Origin: Candidatus Allocopromorpha excrementigallinarum
Lineage (GTDB): Bacteria; Bacillota; Clostridia; Peptostreptococcales; Anaerovoracaceae
Direction: 5' to 3'
DNA: 49,495 bases
Assembly: GCA_018714925.1 (NCBI GenBank)
Contig: DVMP01000163.1
Coordinates: forward strand, 1 to 49,495
A program made the position numbers and the translations under genes. The notes beneath the pieces were generated by a model that saw nothing but the letters and a program-made list of their open reading frames with translations, made no database searches and was not told the DNA's origin. Below, piece by piece: positions 37,299 to 47,801 of the stretch (positions within the stretch are counted from its first letter, which is position 1; every line of letters begins with the position of its first letter).

Positions 37299-37363
37299 AG
37301 CGCCTCAGACGGAAGTCTTAAAAGTAATAAAATAAATATCATCAAAGAAAGAAGAATCGGGGA

Positions 37364-38008
37364 ATGAAGAGACAGGCAAAGATTTCTAACGCTGTAATAA
37401 AACGATTGCCTAGATACAGGAGATATCTGAAAGAGTTACAGAAAAAAGGAGTCGATAAAATTTCTTCAAACGAATTCAGCAATCTCATAGGCTATACAGC
37501 ATCACAGATAAGACAGGATCTGAATAATTTCGGCGGGTTCGGACAGCAGGGCTACGGATACAGCGTGGACAGCCTTTACAAGGAAATAAGCGCCATATTG
37601 GGGCTGGACAGGCAGTATAAGATGGTCATAGTTGGCGCCGGCAATCTCGGTCAGGCCATAGCCAACCATACCTATTACTATAAAGCAGGCTTTGTTGTAT
37701 GCGGGATTTTTGAGATAAATCCAAGACTTATCGGCATCAGAATAAATGATATAGAGGTAATGGACTATGAGAATGTGGTGGAGTATGTAGAAGAAAATGA
37801 CATTGATATAGGCGTAATATGCACCACTAAGGAGGCTGCCCAGGAGGTAGCCGACAAGCTGTGCTTCGCAGGGGTAAAGGGCCTCTGGAACTTTGCGCCT
37901 GTAGATATAGAAACGCCTAATCATGTGGCTATCGAAAATGTGCATCTCAGTGACAGTCTCCACTCTCTGGCATATCACATGAACAGACTGAATGAGGAAA
38001 AAAACTGA
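37364..38008 (+). CDS. rex: Redox-sensing repressor Rex
   Basis: RLPRY.RYL, ASQIRQDL..FG.FGQQGYGY, VGAGNLGQA, WNFAP. Confidence 0.96.
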   Translation: MKRQAKISNAVIKRLPRYRRYLKELQKKGVDKISSNEFSNLIGYTASQIRQDLNNFGGFGQQGYGYSVDSLYKEISAILGLDRQYKMVIVGAGNLGQAIANHTYYYKAGFVVCGIFEINPRLIGIRINDIEVMDYENVVEYVEENDIDIGVICTTKEAAQEVADKLCFAGVKGLWNFAPVDIETPNHVAIENVHLSDSLHSLAYHMNRLNEEKN

Positions 38009-38029
38009 ATAGAGATTAAGAACAAATTA

Positions 38030-38062
38030 AATAACCGTTTCATAAAGGATGAAACGGTTATT
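38030..38062. terminator. Hairpin between convergent rex and ferredoxin genes
   Basis: AATAACCGTTTCAT-aaagg-ATGAAACGGTTATT, a perfect 14-bp inverted repeat. Confidence 0.75.
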
Positions 38063-38099
38063 AATTATAAATCACTTTTTAATTTATAATGTGTTCTCC

Positions 38100-38273
38100 C
38101 TAGTCCTCAGGTACCGGAGCGTCAACAGGACATGCACCTGCACAGGCGCCGCAGTCGATGCACTTATCGGCTTCGATAACGTACATGCTGTCTCCGGCAG
38201 AGATGGCATCAGTAGGACATTCGTCAGCACATGCGCCACAGTTGATGCATGAATCCTTTATAACATAAGCCAT
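38100..38273 (-). CDS. fdx: Clostridial 2[4Fe-4S] ferredoxin
   Basis: MAYVI..CINCGACADECP...CIDCGACAGACP. AAGGAGGT RBS supports ATG 38273. Promoter TTGAAT-17-TATAAT at 38342-38314 on the minus strand. Confidence 0.96.
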   Translation of the reverse strand: MAYVIKDSCINCGACADECPTDAISAGDSMYVIEADKCIDCGACAGACPVDAPVPED

Positions 38274-38343
38274 GATATTACCTCCTTTAATATTATCATT
38301 AAACGACACGTTGATTATAACAAACCTTAATGAGGAATTCAAG

Positions 38344-39150
38344 ATGAAAGTTTACGCGCTCATAGGGAAAAGCGGCACGGGAAAAAGTTTTCAGGCCGTA
38401 AATCTCTGTAAAGAATTGAACATTGAAAGCATAATAGACGACGGCCTGTTTATATGCAGGAACAAGGTTATGGCAGGTGTGTCCGCCAAGCGTCAGCCCA
38501 CCAAGGTGGGAGCGGTGAAGACCGCGCTCTTCACCAGAGATGAACATATGGAAGAGGTGAAGGAGTCCATAAGGAAGATAAAGCCCTCCTCCATATTGGT
38601 AATAGGCACCTCGGACGGCATGGTGGATAAAATCGTAAAGCGTCTTGAGCTGCCCAGAATAATAAAGCGCATATACATAGAAGAAATAACCACTGAGACT
38701 GAGCGGGCCATTGCCAGAAAGCAGCGCTATGAGATGGGACAGCATGTTATCCCGGCCCCTACATTTCAACTGAAGCGCCAGTTTTCGGGATATTTTATGA
38801 CGCCTGTGAGGATGCTCCTGAGAGAGCTGGGATCATGGAAGGACATATCGGAAAAATCCGTGGTAAGGCCTACCTACAGCTACCTTGGAGACTATAAAAT
38901 ATCGGAAAAGGTAATGGCGGATATAGTGGAATGCGTTAAAAGAGAGCACGGAGACGTGGCGGAAATCGGCAGAGTGGCCATATCGCCCGTTCAGGAGGGA
39001 ATTGATATATACATATCGGCTAATTTCAAATACGCGGCGGATCTGCCTCTGAGAGCGAAAGAATTTCAAAAGGACGCGGCGAAAAAAATAGAGGAAATGA
39101 CGGCCTTTAATGTGAACCGGCTGGACCTTGAAGTGAGAGATATAGTGTAG
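38344..39150 (+). CDS. Uncharacterised P-loop protein with an Asp23/Gls24-like C-terminal domain
   Basis: N-terminal GKSGTGKS and IIDDGL; C-terminal G.Y.ISE.V..DI...FQ....KIEEMTAFNV..LDLEV resembles Asp23. GAGGA RBS supports ATG 38344. Confidence 0.75.
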   Translation: MKVYALIGKSGTGKSFQAVNLCKELNIESIIDDGLFICRNKVMAGVSAKRQPTKVGAVKTALFTRDEHMEEVKESIRKIKPSSILVIGTSDGMVDKIVKRLELPRIIKRIYIEEITTETERAIARKQRYEMGQHVIPAPTFQLKRQFSGYFMTPVRMLLRELGSWKDISEKSVVRPTYSYLGDYKISEKVMADIVECVKREHGDVAEIGRVAISPVQEGIDIYISANFKYAADLPLRAKEFQKDAAKKIEEMTAFNVNRLDLEVRDIV

Positions 39151-39183
39151 ATAAAAACGATAAAAATTCATCAGGAAAAAGAC

Positions 39184-40071
39184 ATGAAAGCAGAAGAAAA
39201 AAGAGGATATACGGAAATAGAAGGAGTAAGGGATTTCAACTGCGACCAGATATTCGACTGCGGTCAGTGCTTCAGATGGGAAAAAAACCATCAGGGAGGC
39301 TATAGTGGAGCGGCCTTTGGAAGAGTTGTCAGCGTATATTACGACGCTCCCGGGGAGCTCCTCAGAATATACGGGGCTGATTTAGAGGACTTTGAGAAGA
39401 TATGGAAGAAATATTTTGATCTTGAGAGAGATTATTCAGCTATAAAAAAGAAGCTCTCAGAAAGAGATGAGGTCATAAGAAGGGCCATAGCCTACGGAGA
39501 GGGTATAAGAATTCTCAATCAGGAAAAATGGGAGACACTCATATCCTTTATCATATCTCAGAACAACAATATACCCAGAATAAAAAAGTGTATAAATTCT
39601 CTGGCGGAAAATTTCGGGGAAAAGGCGGGCGAAGCCGACGGAAAAGAGTATTTCAGCCTTCCGTCTCCTCAACGGCTGGCGTCTCTCACAGTGGAGGATC
39701 TGTCTGTGTGCAGACTGGGATACAGGGCAAAATATCTTGTTGAAACAGCGCGGAAGGCGGCTGAGGAAGGGAGAGAAAGCCTTGACAGACTGGGAAGCGA
39801 TAAGGTGTCCAGACAGGAGGCCTTTGACGCTCTCAGACAGTACTGCGGCGTCGGACCAAAGGTGGCAAACTGTATACTTCTCTTCTCCATGGGAAAATTC
39901 GACAGCTTCCCTATAGACGTTTGGGTAAAAAAGGTTATGAACAGACTTTACGGCATAGATGAAAGCAGAGTAAAGGAAATGGCGGATTTCGCGGAGAGGA
40001 CCTTCGGTGAATACGGAGGGATTGCCCAGCAGTATCTTTTCTACTACATAACCCACTCTAAAGAATTATAA
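39184..40071 (+). CDS. ogg: 8-oxoguanine DNA glycosylase/AP lyase
   Basis: FDCGQCFRW, FIISQNNNIPRI, LGYRAKY, HhH GVGPKVA, FPIDVWV, G.AQQYLF. Confidence 0.93.
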   Translation: MKAEEKRGYTEIEGVRDFNCDQIFDCGQCFRWEKNHQGGYSGAAFGRVVSVYYDAPGELLRIYGADLEDFEKIWKKYFDLERDYSAIKKKLSERDEVIRRAIAYGEGIRILNQEKWETLISFIISQNNNIPRIKKCINSLAENFGEKAGEADGKEYFSLPSPQRLASLTVEDLSVCRLGYRAKYLVETARKAAEEGRESLDRLGSDKVSRQEAFDALRQYCGVGPKVANCILLFSMGKFDSFPIDVWVKKVMNRLYGIDESRVKEMADFAERTFGEYGGIAQQYLFYYITHSKEL

Positions 40072-40089
40072 AAAAACTCAAAAAACCTA

Positions 40090-40149
40090 TTGACAAAAGC
40101 CGGAAATGGCTGTAAATTATAGTTAGCACTCAGAATAAATGAGTGCTAA
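40090..40149 (+). promoter_or_regulatory. SigA promoter and CIRCE operator of groESL
   Basis: TTGACA-17-TAAATT (40090-40118), then perfect TTAGCACTC-N9-GAGTGCTAA (40123-40149). Confidence 0.96.
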
Positions 40150-40230
40150 CAAAGAGCGAAAAGGGAGCGAGCGCTCCTGTATGCGGATCGGTGTAAAACG
40201 GATTCGCGCTGTTAAAATAATATAGAATAA

Positions 40231-42184
<1,954 letters not shown>

Positions 42185-42222
42185 CCATTTTCCCGAAAGA
42201 CGGTTTAAAAAGTAAAAATGTG

Positions 42223-42260
42223 AAAAATCCGATCGGTTCATTCTCCGATCGGATTTTTTT
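42223..42260 (+). terminator. groESL terminator
   Basis: AAAAATCCGATCGG / CCGATCGGATTTTT stem with a T run. Confidence 0.92.
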
Positions 42261-42394
42261 GTGAAGACAGATAATCAGAAAGCCGCGCCCATAATTTTGT
42301 TGAGATTCTGTACTTTTTCATATAGAATTATAATAGAAAAAACGGAGCCCTTTGAAGGCGCCGGCAGGTCTTGCGTTAAAATCGGGAGGAGAAC

Positions 42395-43162
42395 ATGGCG
42401 GAGGATAAGAACAGTGTACAGTCAGTGGAAAGAGCCCTGGACATAATAGAAGCGGTTGGAACTGATCAGAGAGGTATGGGGCTTACGGAAATAGCCGAGA
42501 AGGCGGGGCTGCACAAAAGCACTGCCTACAGAATAACGGCGACTCTGGTGGAGAGAGGATATCTCATGAAGACAGAGGAGGGCAGGTACAGAATAGGATT
42601 GAAATATATTGAGGTGGCCAGCTGTTTTATAACGGGACTTGAGCTGCAGACAGAAGCGCGTCCTTACGTTGCTGAGGTGGCATCCCATCTGGGACTCACC
42701 TCGTACCTGGGAATACTGGATGGGGACAAGGTGGTATATATTGAAAAAATGGATGGAATCTCCTCTATGAGGATGTTTTTAAATATAGGGCAGAAGGTAA
42801 ACGCCTACTGCTCCTCCCTTGGCAAATGCCTTCTTTCCAATTTCTCAAAGCTTGAGATAGACGATATAATGAAGGACTGCAGCTTTATAAAATTCACGCC
42901 CAACACTATCTCAAGCCTGGAGGAGCTTCACAGGGAAATAGCAAAAGTCAGAAGCAGAGGCTGGGCTATGGATGATGGAGAATACGAAAAGGGCCACAGA
43001 TGTATCGGAGCTCCTATTTATGACTACAGAGGCGATATAATAGCGGCCATCAGCGCCAGCGGCGATAAACACGTGCTGACAGATGACAGAATTGAAGAGG
43101 TGGCCGGTTATGTGGTTAAGAAGGCAAAGGAAATATCAAAGACAATGGGGTATATAGAATGA
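42395..43162 (+). CDS. IclR-family transcriptional regulator
   Basis: VQSVERALDI, LTEIA...GLHKSTAYR, SSLGKCLL, RG(W)AMDDGE, CIGAPI. Promoter TTGAGA-17-TAGAAT at 42300-42328. Confidence 0.95.
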   Translation: MAEDKNSVQSVERALDIIEAVGTDQRGMGLTEIAEKAGLHKSTAYRITATLVERGYLMKTEEGRYRIGLKYIEVASCFITGLELQTEARPYVAEVASHLGLTSYLGILDGDKVVYIEKMDGISSMRMFLNIGQKVNAYCSSLGKCLLSNFSKLEIDDIMKDCSFIKFTPNTISSLEELHREIAKVRSRGWAMDDGEYEKGHRCIGAPIYDYRGDIIAAISASGDKHVLTDDRIEEVAGYVVKKAKEISKTMGYIE

Positions 43163-43189
43163 GCAGAGCGGATCTTTTCAGCAGACAGT

Positions 43190-43232
43190 AAGAGGGACTG
43201 TCCGTCAGAATTTGTGACGGACAGTCCCTCTT
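43190..43232. terminator. Long perfect hairpin between the convergent IclR and ALDH genes
   Basis: AAGAGGGACTGTCCGTCA / TGACGGACAGTCCCTCTT 18-bp stem, 7-nt loop. Confidence 0.75.
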
Positions 43233-43253
43233 GAATCTATGGCTGAATTTTGC

Positions 43254-44687
43254 CTAGTCTACAATGTTTTTCAGAATTATGTTCTTTACTCGGGTCATTT
43301 CGTTGAAGGTGGACATAACTCCCTCTGTTCCTATGCCGCTGTGCTTCCAGCCTCCGAAAGGAAGCTCAAAAGGTCTGAAGAAGCTGGCTCCGTTAATTAC
43401 AGCGCCACCTGCTTCCATAGCGCGTGCCACCTTAAAGGCCCGCTTCTGATCTCTTGTAAATACACAGCTTGAAAGTCCGAATATGGAGTTGTTGGCGATT
43501 TCTATGGCCTCCTCGTCAGTGTCGAAGCCTATAATAGGAACAACAGGGCCGAAGATTTCCATATCCTTGGCAACATCGGCAGTCTTAGGAACGTCTGTAA
43601 TAACAGTAGGCTCGTAGAAGGCTCCGTTTCTCTTTCCTCCGAGGATTATCCTTCCTCCCTGGTCAACTGTATGCTGGACTTCCTTTTCAACCTTTATGGC
43701 CGCCTTTTCATTTATAAGGCAGGATATTTCGGTATCCTCCTCCTTAGGATCTCCCATCTTAAGCTGCTTGATTCTCGCTACAGCTTTTTGGGCAAACTCG
43801 TCCTTGAGGGAATTGTGTACCAGGAATCTCTTGCTGGCGCAGCATACCTGGCCTGTATTGTACATACGTCCCCATATCATCTCTTCTACAGCAAGGTCAA
43901 CGTCTCCGTCATCGAGGAGTATAAAGGCATCGTTTCCGCCAAGCTCCAGAGCTGTGTGAGTGAGGTTTTCAGCAGCTATCTTAGCCGTGCCGATACCTAC
44001 CTCCGTGCTTCCCGTAAGTGTCACAAGATGTACTCGCGGATCTGAAACAGCGGCATCCTTAACAGCTCCAGGAGCTGTCACGCACTGTACAACTCCGTCG
44101 GGAACACCGGCCTCTGTAAGCATCTCTGTCAGTTTCATAAGAGTAAGAGGATTGTCCGACGAAGGGAGAACAATGGCCGCGTTGCCCATCATAAGCGCCG
44201 GAGCAACCTTCTGATCGTAAAGGTCACAAGGGAAGTTAAATGGGATTATGCAGGCTACGACACCTATAGGCTCTCTGGTTACAAGCTGCATGTGATGCGC
44301 CTGACCTGCCTCTGTTCCCGGAGGGATTATGGTCCCGTAGTAGTGCTTGGCGTGCTCTATAAATCCTGAAAACCCTGCTTTGATGTTGCCGATTTCAGCT
44401 CGGGCTTCTCTTATAGGCTTGCCGTTTTCGGCGCAGAGTGTCTGAGCCAGGGATTCCTTGTTTTCCTCGACTATGTCGATGAATCTGTAGAGTATTTCGG
44501 CTTTTTCGGAAATAGGAACCTTAGCCCATATTTTCTGTCCCTTTACCGCAGCCGTTACAGCTATATCTATATCCTCGGCGGTTGCCTTTGGAACACTGTC
44601 GATAACCTCTCCTGTAGCAGGAGCGATAACGTCGAAGGTTTCCTTGCTCACGCTGTCAACTTTTTTTCCGTCGATTATCATTTTCAT
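43254..44687 (-). CDS. Aldehyde dehydrogenase family protein
   Basis: PFNFP, TGSTEVG, LELGGND, GQVCCA, EIFGPV, PFGGWKHSGIG.EG. Confidence 0.95.
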   Translation of the reverse strand: MKMIIDGKKVDSVSKETFDVIAPATGEVIDSVPKATAEDIDIAVTAAVKGQKIWAKVPISEKAEILYRFIDIVEENKESLAQTLCAENGKPIREARAEIGNIKAGFSGFIEHAKHYYGTIIPPGTEAGQAHHMQLVTREPIGVVACIIPFNFPCDLYDQKVAPALMMGNAAIVLPSSDNPLTLMKLTEMLTEAGVPDGVVQCVTAPGAVKDAAVSDPRVHLVTLTGSTEVGIGTAKIAAENLTHTALELGGNDAFILLDDGDVDLAVEEMIWGRMYNTGQVCCASKRFLVHNSLKDEFAQKAVARIKQLKMGDPKEEDTEISCLINEKAAIKVEKEVQHTVDQGGRIILGGKRNGAFYEPTVITDVPKTADVAKDMEIFGPVVPIIGFDTDEEAIEIANNSIFGLSSCVFTRDQKRAFKVARAMEAGGAVINGASFFRPFELPFGGWKHSGIGTEGVMSTFNEMTRVKNIILKNIVD

Positions 44688-44742
44688 GGTGTATCTCCTT
44701 TCCTTTTTACCTTATGATTAAGCTGCCTTCCATCTGGGGAAA

Positions 44743-45909
44743 TTATTCTCCAAAGGCAGTAAACGAAAGCATAAGACCTCCGCATGTGTTATTGCCGTCG
44801 TCTTCGTATCCGTATTCGCCGAAGGTGAATTCAACGATGAAAGGAATGTCTCCAACGGCCTTTTTAACCTGCTGGGCAACCTCGTCTATTCTGCTGTCGA
44901 TGCCGGCTCTCCTGCCTCCGCAGTGAACCAGATGGAGACCTGCGATAGGACCGTTGATTTTCTTCTTTAATTCCTCTAAGGCAGCGCCTACAGATTCGAT
45001 AAGCTCGTCAACAGAAGCTTCCATCTGAACAACGGCGGTGTTTACAGCCAGATTGTTTCCTATAGCCATGGAGCCGTCTTCATTGCCGTTCATAGGGTGC
45101 CTTATGGCGACCAGATCTCCCAGTCTGTCCTTTACGCCGAGAGGCTTGCATATGGCATAGGAAAGCAGATTGCCTCCTGCTACATCCTCGGCCGAAGCGC
45201 CTGTCCACTCACGGTACTGATCAATGGCCTTCTTTCCGTTAATCTCAACGAGAGTACGGTCTCCGTCTATTTTTGTAATTATTCCGGCGTTGGCGGTTTC
45301 GTGATAAGCTCCTGTAAACTTGTTGGCAAAAGCCTTGTCGGTGTAGAAGAAGGCTACCGACACTCCCTCAGGAGCCACCATGGAATCTGTATAGATGAGC
45401 CATTCTCCGGTAATGGTATTGTCCGCTGCGCTTCCTCCGAAGAACGGAACTCTGCCGATAACTTCAGTTATGCCCTTCAGGTAATATTCCTCTTCTCCTG
45501 AAGGAGCCGACATATAGAAGTAGTCGGGAGCGCAGTCCTTGCCGGCGTCTTCCATGGCCTTTACGGCAACCTTGTGTCCTGTTTCTCTGGCTGTGCCTTC
45601 CTTTGGCATTCCGTATACGCCTACGGTGAGATCGGGATCTGAAAGAGCCATTATTCCCCCAAAGCCGTCCTCACTGGAAATATATCCGTCCTGGGTGATA
45701 ATTCCCGTAAAGGAAGTATTGCCGATAAGAGGAACACCGGGGAGCTCTTCAGCTATTCCCGCGAGAAATTCCTTCTGATCGTACTGAACACCGCTGTATA
45801 CGAAGGCCATTTTCATATCCTTTAAGTTGTCTTTTACCTGAGCGGCAGCTTCTTTTCCGGCTGCTTTGGCGTTAGGGTTAACGCTTGTTCCTGTTTTAAC
45901 TTTCAACAT
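44743..45909 (-). CDS. Stand-alone FIST-domain protein (FIST_N + FIST_C)
   Basis: VPLIGNTS..G, PFFGGSAAD, TLVEINGKKA, HCGGRR, FTFGE, consistent with FIST architecture. GGAGG RBS supports ATG 45909 (MLKVKTG). Confidence 0.8.
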   Translation of the reverse strand: MLKVKTGTSVNPNAKAAGKEAAAQVKDNLKDMKMAFVYSGVQYDQKEFLAGIAEELPGVPLIGNTSFTGIITQDGYISSEDGFGGIMALSDPDLTVGVYGMPKEGTARETGHKVAVKAMEDAGKDCAPDYFYMSAPSGEEEYYLKGITEVIGRVPFFGGSAADNTITGEWLIYTDSMVAPEGVSVAFFYTDKAFANKFTGAYHETANAGIITKIDGDRTLVEINGKKAIDQYREWTGASAEDVAGGNLLSYAICKPLGVKDRLGDLVAIRHPMNGNEDGSMAIGNNLAVNTAVVQMEASVDELIESVGAALEELKKKINGPIAGLHLVHCGGRRAGIDSRIDEVAQQVKKAVGDIPFIVEFTFGEYGYEDDGNNTCGGLMLSFTAFGE

Positions 45910-46002
45910 TTGCTTTCCCTCCTTATCAGATTTACCAGGCAAAATAGAAATACATAAATTTGTCATCCTTGTTTGAATATCACTTCTTTGCTTTTCGATT
46001 TT

Positions 46003-46031
46003 ATAATAATTCTGAAAACTATAATAGTCAA
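46003..46031 (-). promoter_or_regulatory. SigA promoter of the FIST-ALDH operon
   Basis: Minus strand TTGACT-17 bp-TATTAT. Confidence 0.75.
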
Positions 46032-46056
46032 CAGGGGGAGTTTTGCTATATAAAAA

Positions 46057-46079
46057 GCTGTTTCATAATACGGAACAGC
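46057..46079. promoter_or_regulatory. Candidate IclR operator
   Basis: GCTGTTTCATAATACGGAACAGC imperfect palindrome; core GTTTCATAATACGGAAC fits the IclR-family pattern GKTYCRYWWWRYGRAMC. Confidence 0.75.
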
Positions 46080-46164
46080 CCTTTTTTGAAACCTGAGAAG
46101 CTTGTTTATTCAGATGTGAAAGAAAAGTCTGTGAAAGGGTAAAATAATCGGCTTCAGGAGATAT

Positions 46165-46193
46165 TTGACATGTAAAACAGAAGAAAATATGGT
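46165..46193 (+). promoter_or_regulatory. SigA promoter of guaB-guaA
   Basis: TTGACA-17 bp-TATGGT. Confidence 0.65.
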
Positions 46194-46282
46194 ATTATAA
46201 TTTTATATTTGATTATTGCTCAGGTTTGTATTAATATAAGTAACAAATTTACATATGAGAAAGACAGGAACAGGAGGTAGAA

Positions 46283-47791
46283 ATGGCACAAATTTTCGAT
46301 GAACCATCAAGAACATTTAATGAATATCTGCTGGTACCGGGATACTCCGGCACGGAGTGCAGGACAGACAACGTTTCCCTGAAGACTCCGGTAATAAAAT
46401 TCAGAAAGGGAGAAGAACCGGCTCTTAAAATGAATATTCCATTGGTTTCGGCAATAATGCAGGCGGTTTCAGACGACAAGCTGGCTGTTGCCCTGGCCAA
46501 GGAAGGAGGAATTTCCTTTATATACGGGTCCCAGTCTGTGGAAAAGCAGGTTGAAATGGTAAAAAGAGTAAAGGACCATAAGGCCGGATTTGTTACAAGC
46601 GACGCTAACATAAGACCTGACCAGACTCTGGCTGATCTTCTGGCTCTTAAGGAGAGAACCGGACATTCCACTACAGCCGTTACAGAGGACGGAACCGCCG
46701 AGGGGAAGATGCTGGGTCTTGTAACAAGCAGAGACTACAGAATCAGCAGAATGTCTCCTGATGAAAAGGTACGCGATTTCATGACGCCTTTTGATAAGCT
46801 CATATGTGCCAGTGAAGGAGTCACCCTTTCCGAAGCAAACGACATATTATGGGACAATAAGCTCAACGCTCTTCCCATAATAGATGATAATCGGAGACTG
46901 GTGGCCTTTGTTTTCAGAAAGGACTACGACACTCACAAGGCTTATCCCGATGAGCTTTTGGACGATAAAAAGAGATATATGACGGGAGCGGGAGTCAACA
47001 CGAGAGATTACGAGGAGAGAATTCCGGCGCTGGTTGACGCCGGCGCGGATGTACTCTGTATAGATTCTTCGGAGGGCTTTACGGAATGGCAGAAGATAAC
47101 CCTTGATTTTGTAAGAAAAAAGTATGGAGATTCAGTTAAAATCGGCGCGGGAAACGTGGTGGACAGAGACGGCTTCAACTTTCTGGCGGAAGCCGGCGCG
47201 GATTTTGTAAAGGTAGGAATCGGAGGAGGCTCTATCTGTATAACAAGAGAGCAGAAGGGCATAGGAAGAGGACAGGCCTCAGCTGTAATCGAGGTAGCCA
47301 AGGCCAGAGACGAATACTATGAAAGAACGGGAATATATGTGCCGATCTGTTCCGACGGTGGCATTGTCTACGATTATCATATGACCCTGGCTCTTGCCAT
47401 GGGCGCTGATTTTATAATGCTGGGCAGGTACTTTTCAAGGTTCGACGAATCGCCGACAGCAAAGCTTACCATTAACGGCAGCTATGTGAAGGAGTATTGG
47501 GGAGAAGGATCGAACCGTGCCAGAAACTGGCAGAGATATGATATGGGAGGAGACAGCAAGCTGTCCTTTGAGGAAGGCGTTGATTCCTATGTGCCTTACG
47601 CGGGCCCTCTCAGCGATAATGTACGCCAGTCTCTGCAGAAGGTAAAATCCACCATGTGCAACTGCGGAGTTCTCACTATCCCTGAGCTTCAGAAAAACGC
47701 CAAGCTTACAGTGGTTTCGGCCACCAGTATAGTAGAGGGCGGCGCTCACGATGTTATTCTGAGAGATACTTCAGGCAGCAACAACAGATAG
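46283..47791 (+). CDS. guaB: IMP dehydrogenase
   Basis: [11 protein letters not shown] pair, [18 protein letters not shown] (catalytic Cys), SDGGI, YWGEGS, EEGV. Confidence 0.96.
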   Translation: MAQIFDEPSRTFNEYLLVPGYSGTECRTDNVSLKTPVIKFRKGEEPALKMNIPLVSAIMQAVSDDKLAVALAKEGGISFIYGSQSVEKQVEMVKRVKDHKAGFVTSDANIRPDQTLADLLALKERTGHSTTAVTEDGTAEGKMLGLVTSRDYRISRMSPDEKVRDFMTPFDKLICASEGVTLSEANDILWDNKLNALPIIDDNRRLVAFVFRKDYDTHKAYPDELLDDKKRYMTGAGVNTRDYEERIPALVDAGADVLCIDSSEGFTEWQKITLDFVRKKYGDSVKIGAGNVVDRDGFNFLAEAGADFVKVGIGGGSICITREQKGIGRGQASAVIEVAKARDEYYERTGIYVPICSDGGIVYDYHMTLALAMGADFIMLGRYFSRFDESPTAKLTINGSYVKEYWGEGSNRARNWQRYDMGGDSKLSFEEGVDSYVPYAGPLSDNVRQSLQKVKSTMCNCGVLTIPELQKNAKLTVVSATSIVEGGAHDVILRDTSGSNNR

Positions 47792-47801
47792 GAGAGCTGA
47801 T

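Noticed and set aside
38303-38322. Rex operator at the ferredoxin promoter
   Set aside because: Only one half-site (ATAACAA) resembles TTGTTAA-N4-TTAACAA, and it coincides with the extended -10 box.
46227-46247. Rex-like palindrome TTGT...AACAA in the guaB leader
   Set aside because: Spacing is 21 bp rather than 18, in very AT-rich sequence where such matches arise by chance.
46194-46282. Purine riboswitch upstream of guaB-guaA
   Set aside because: The conserved aptamer elements (GATATGG loop, GTTTCTACC, CCGTAAA) are absent.
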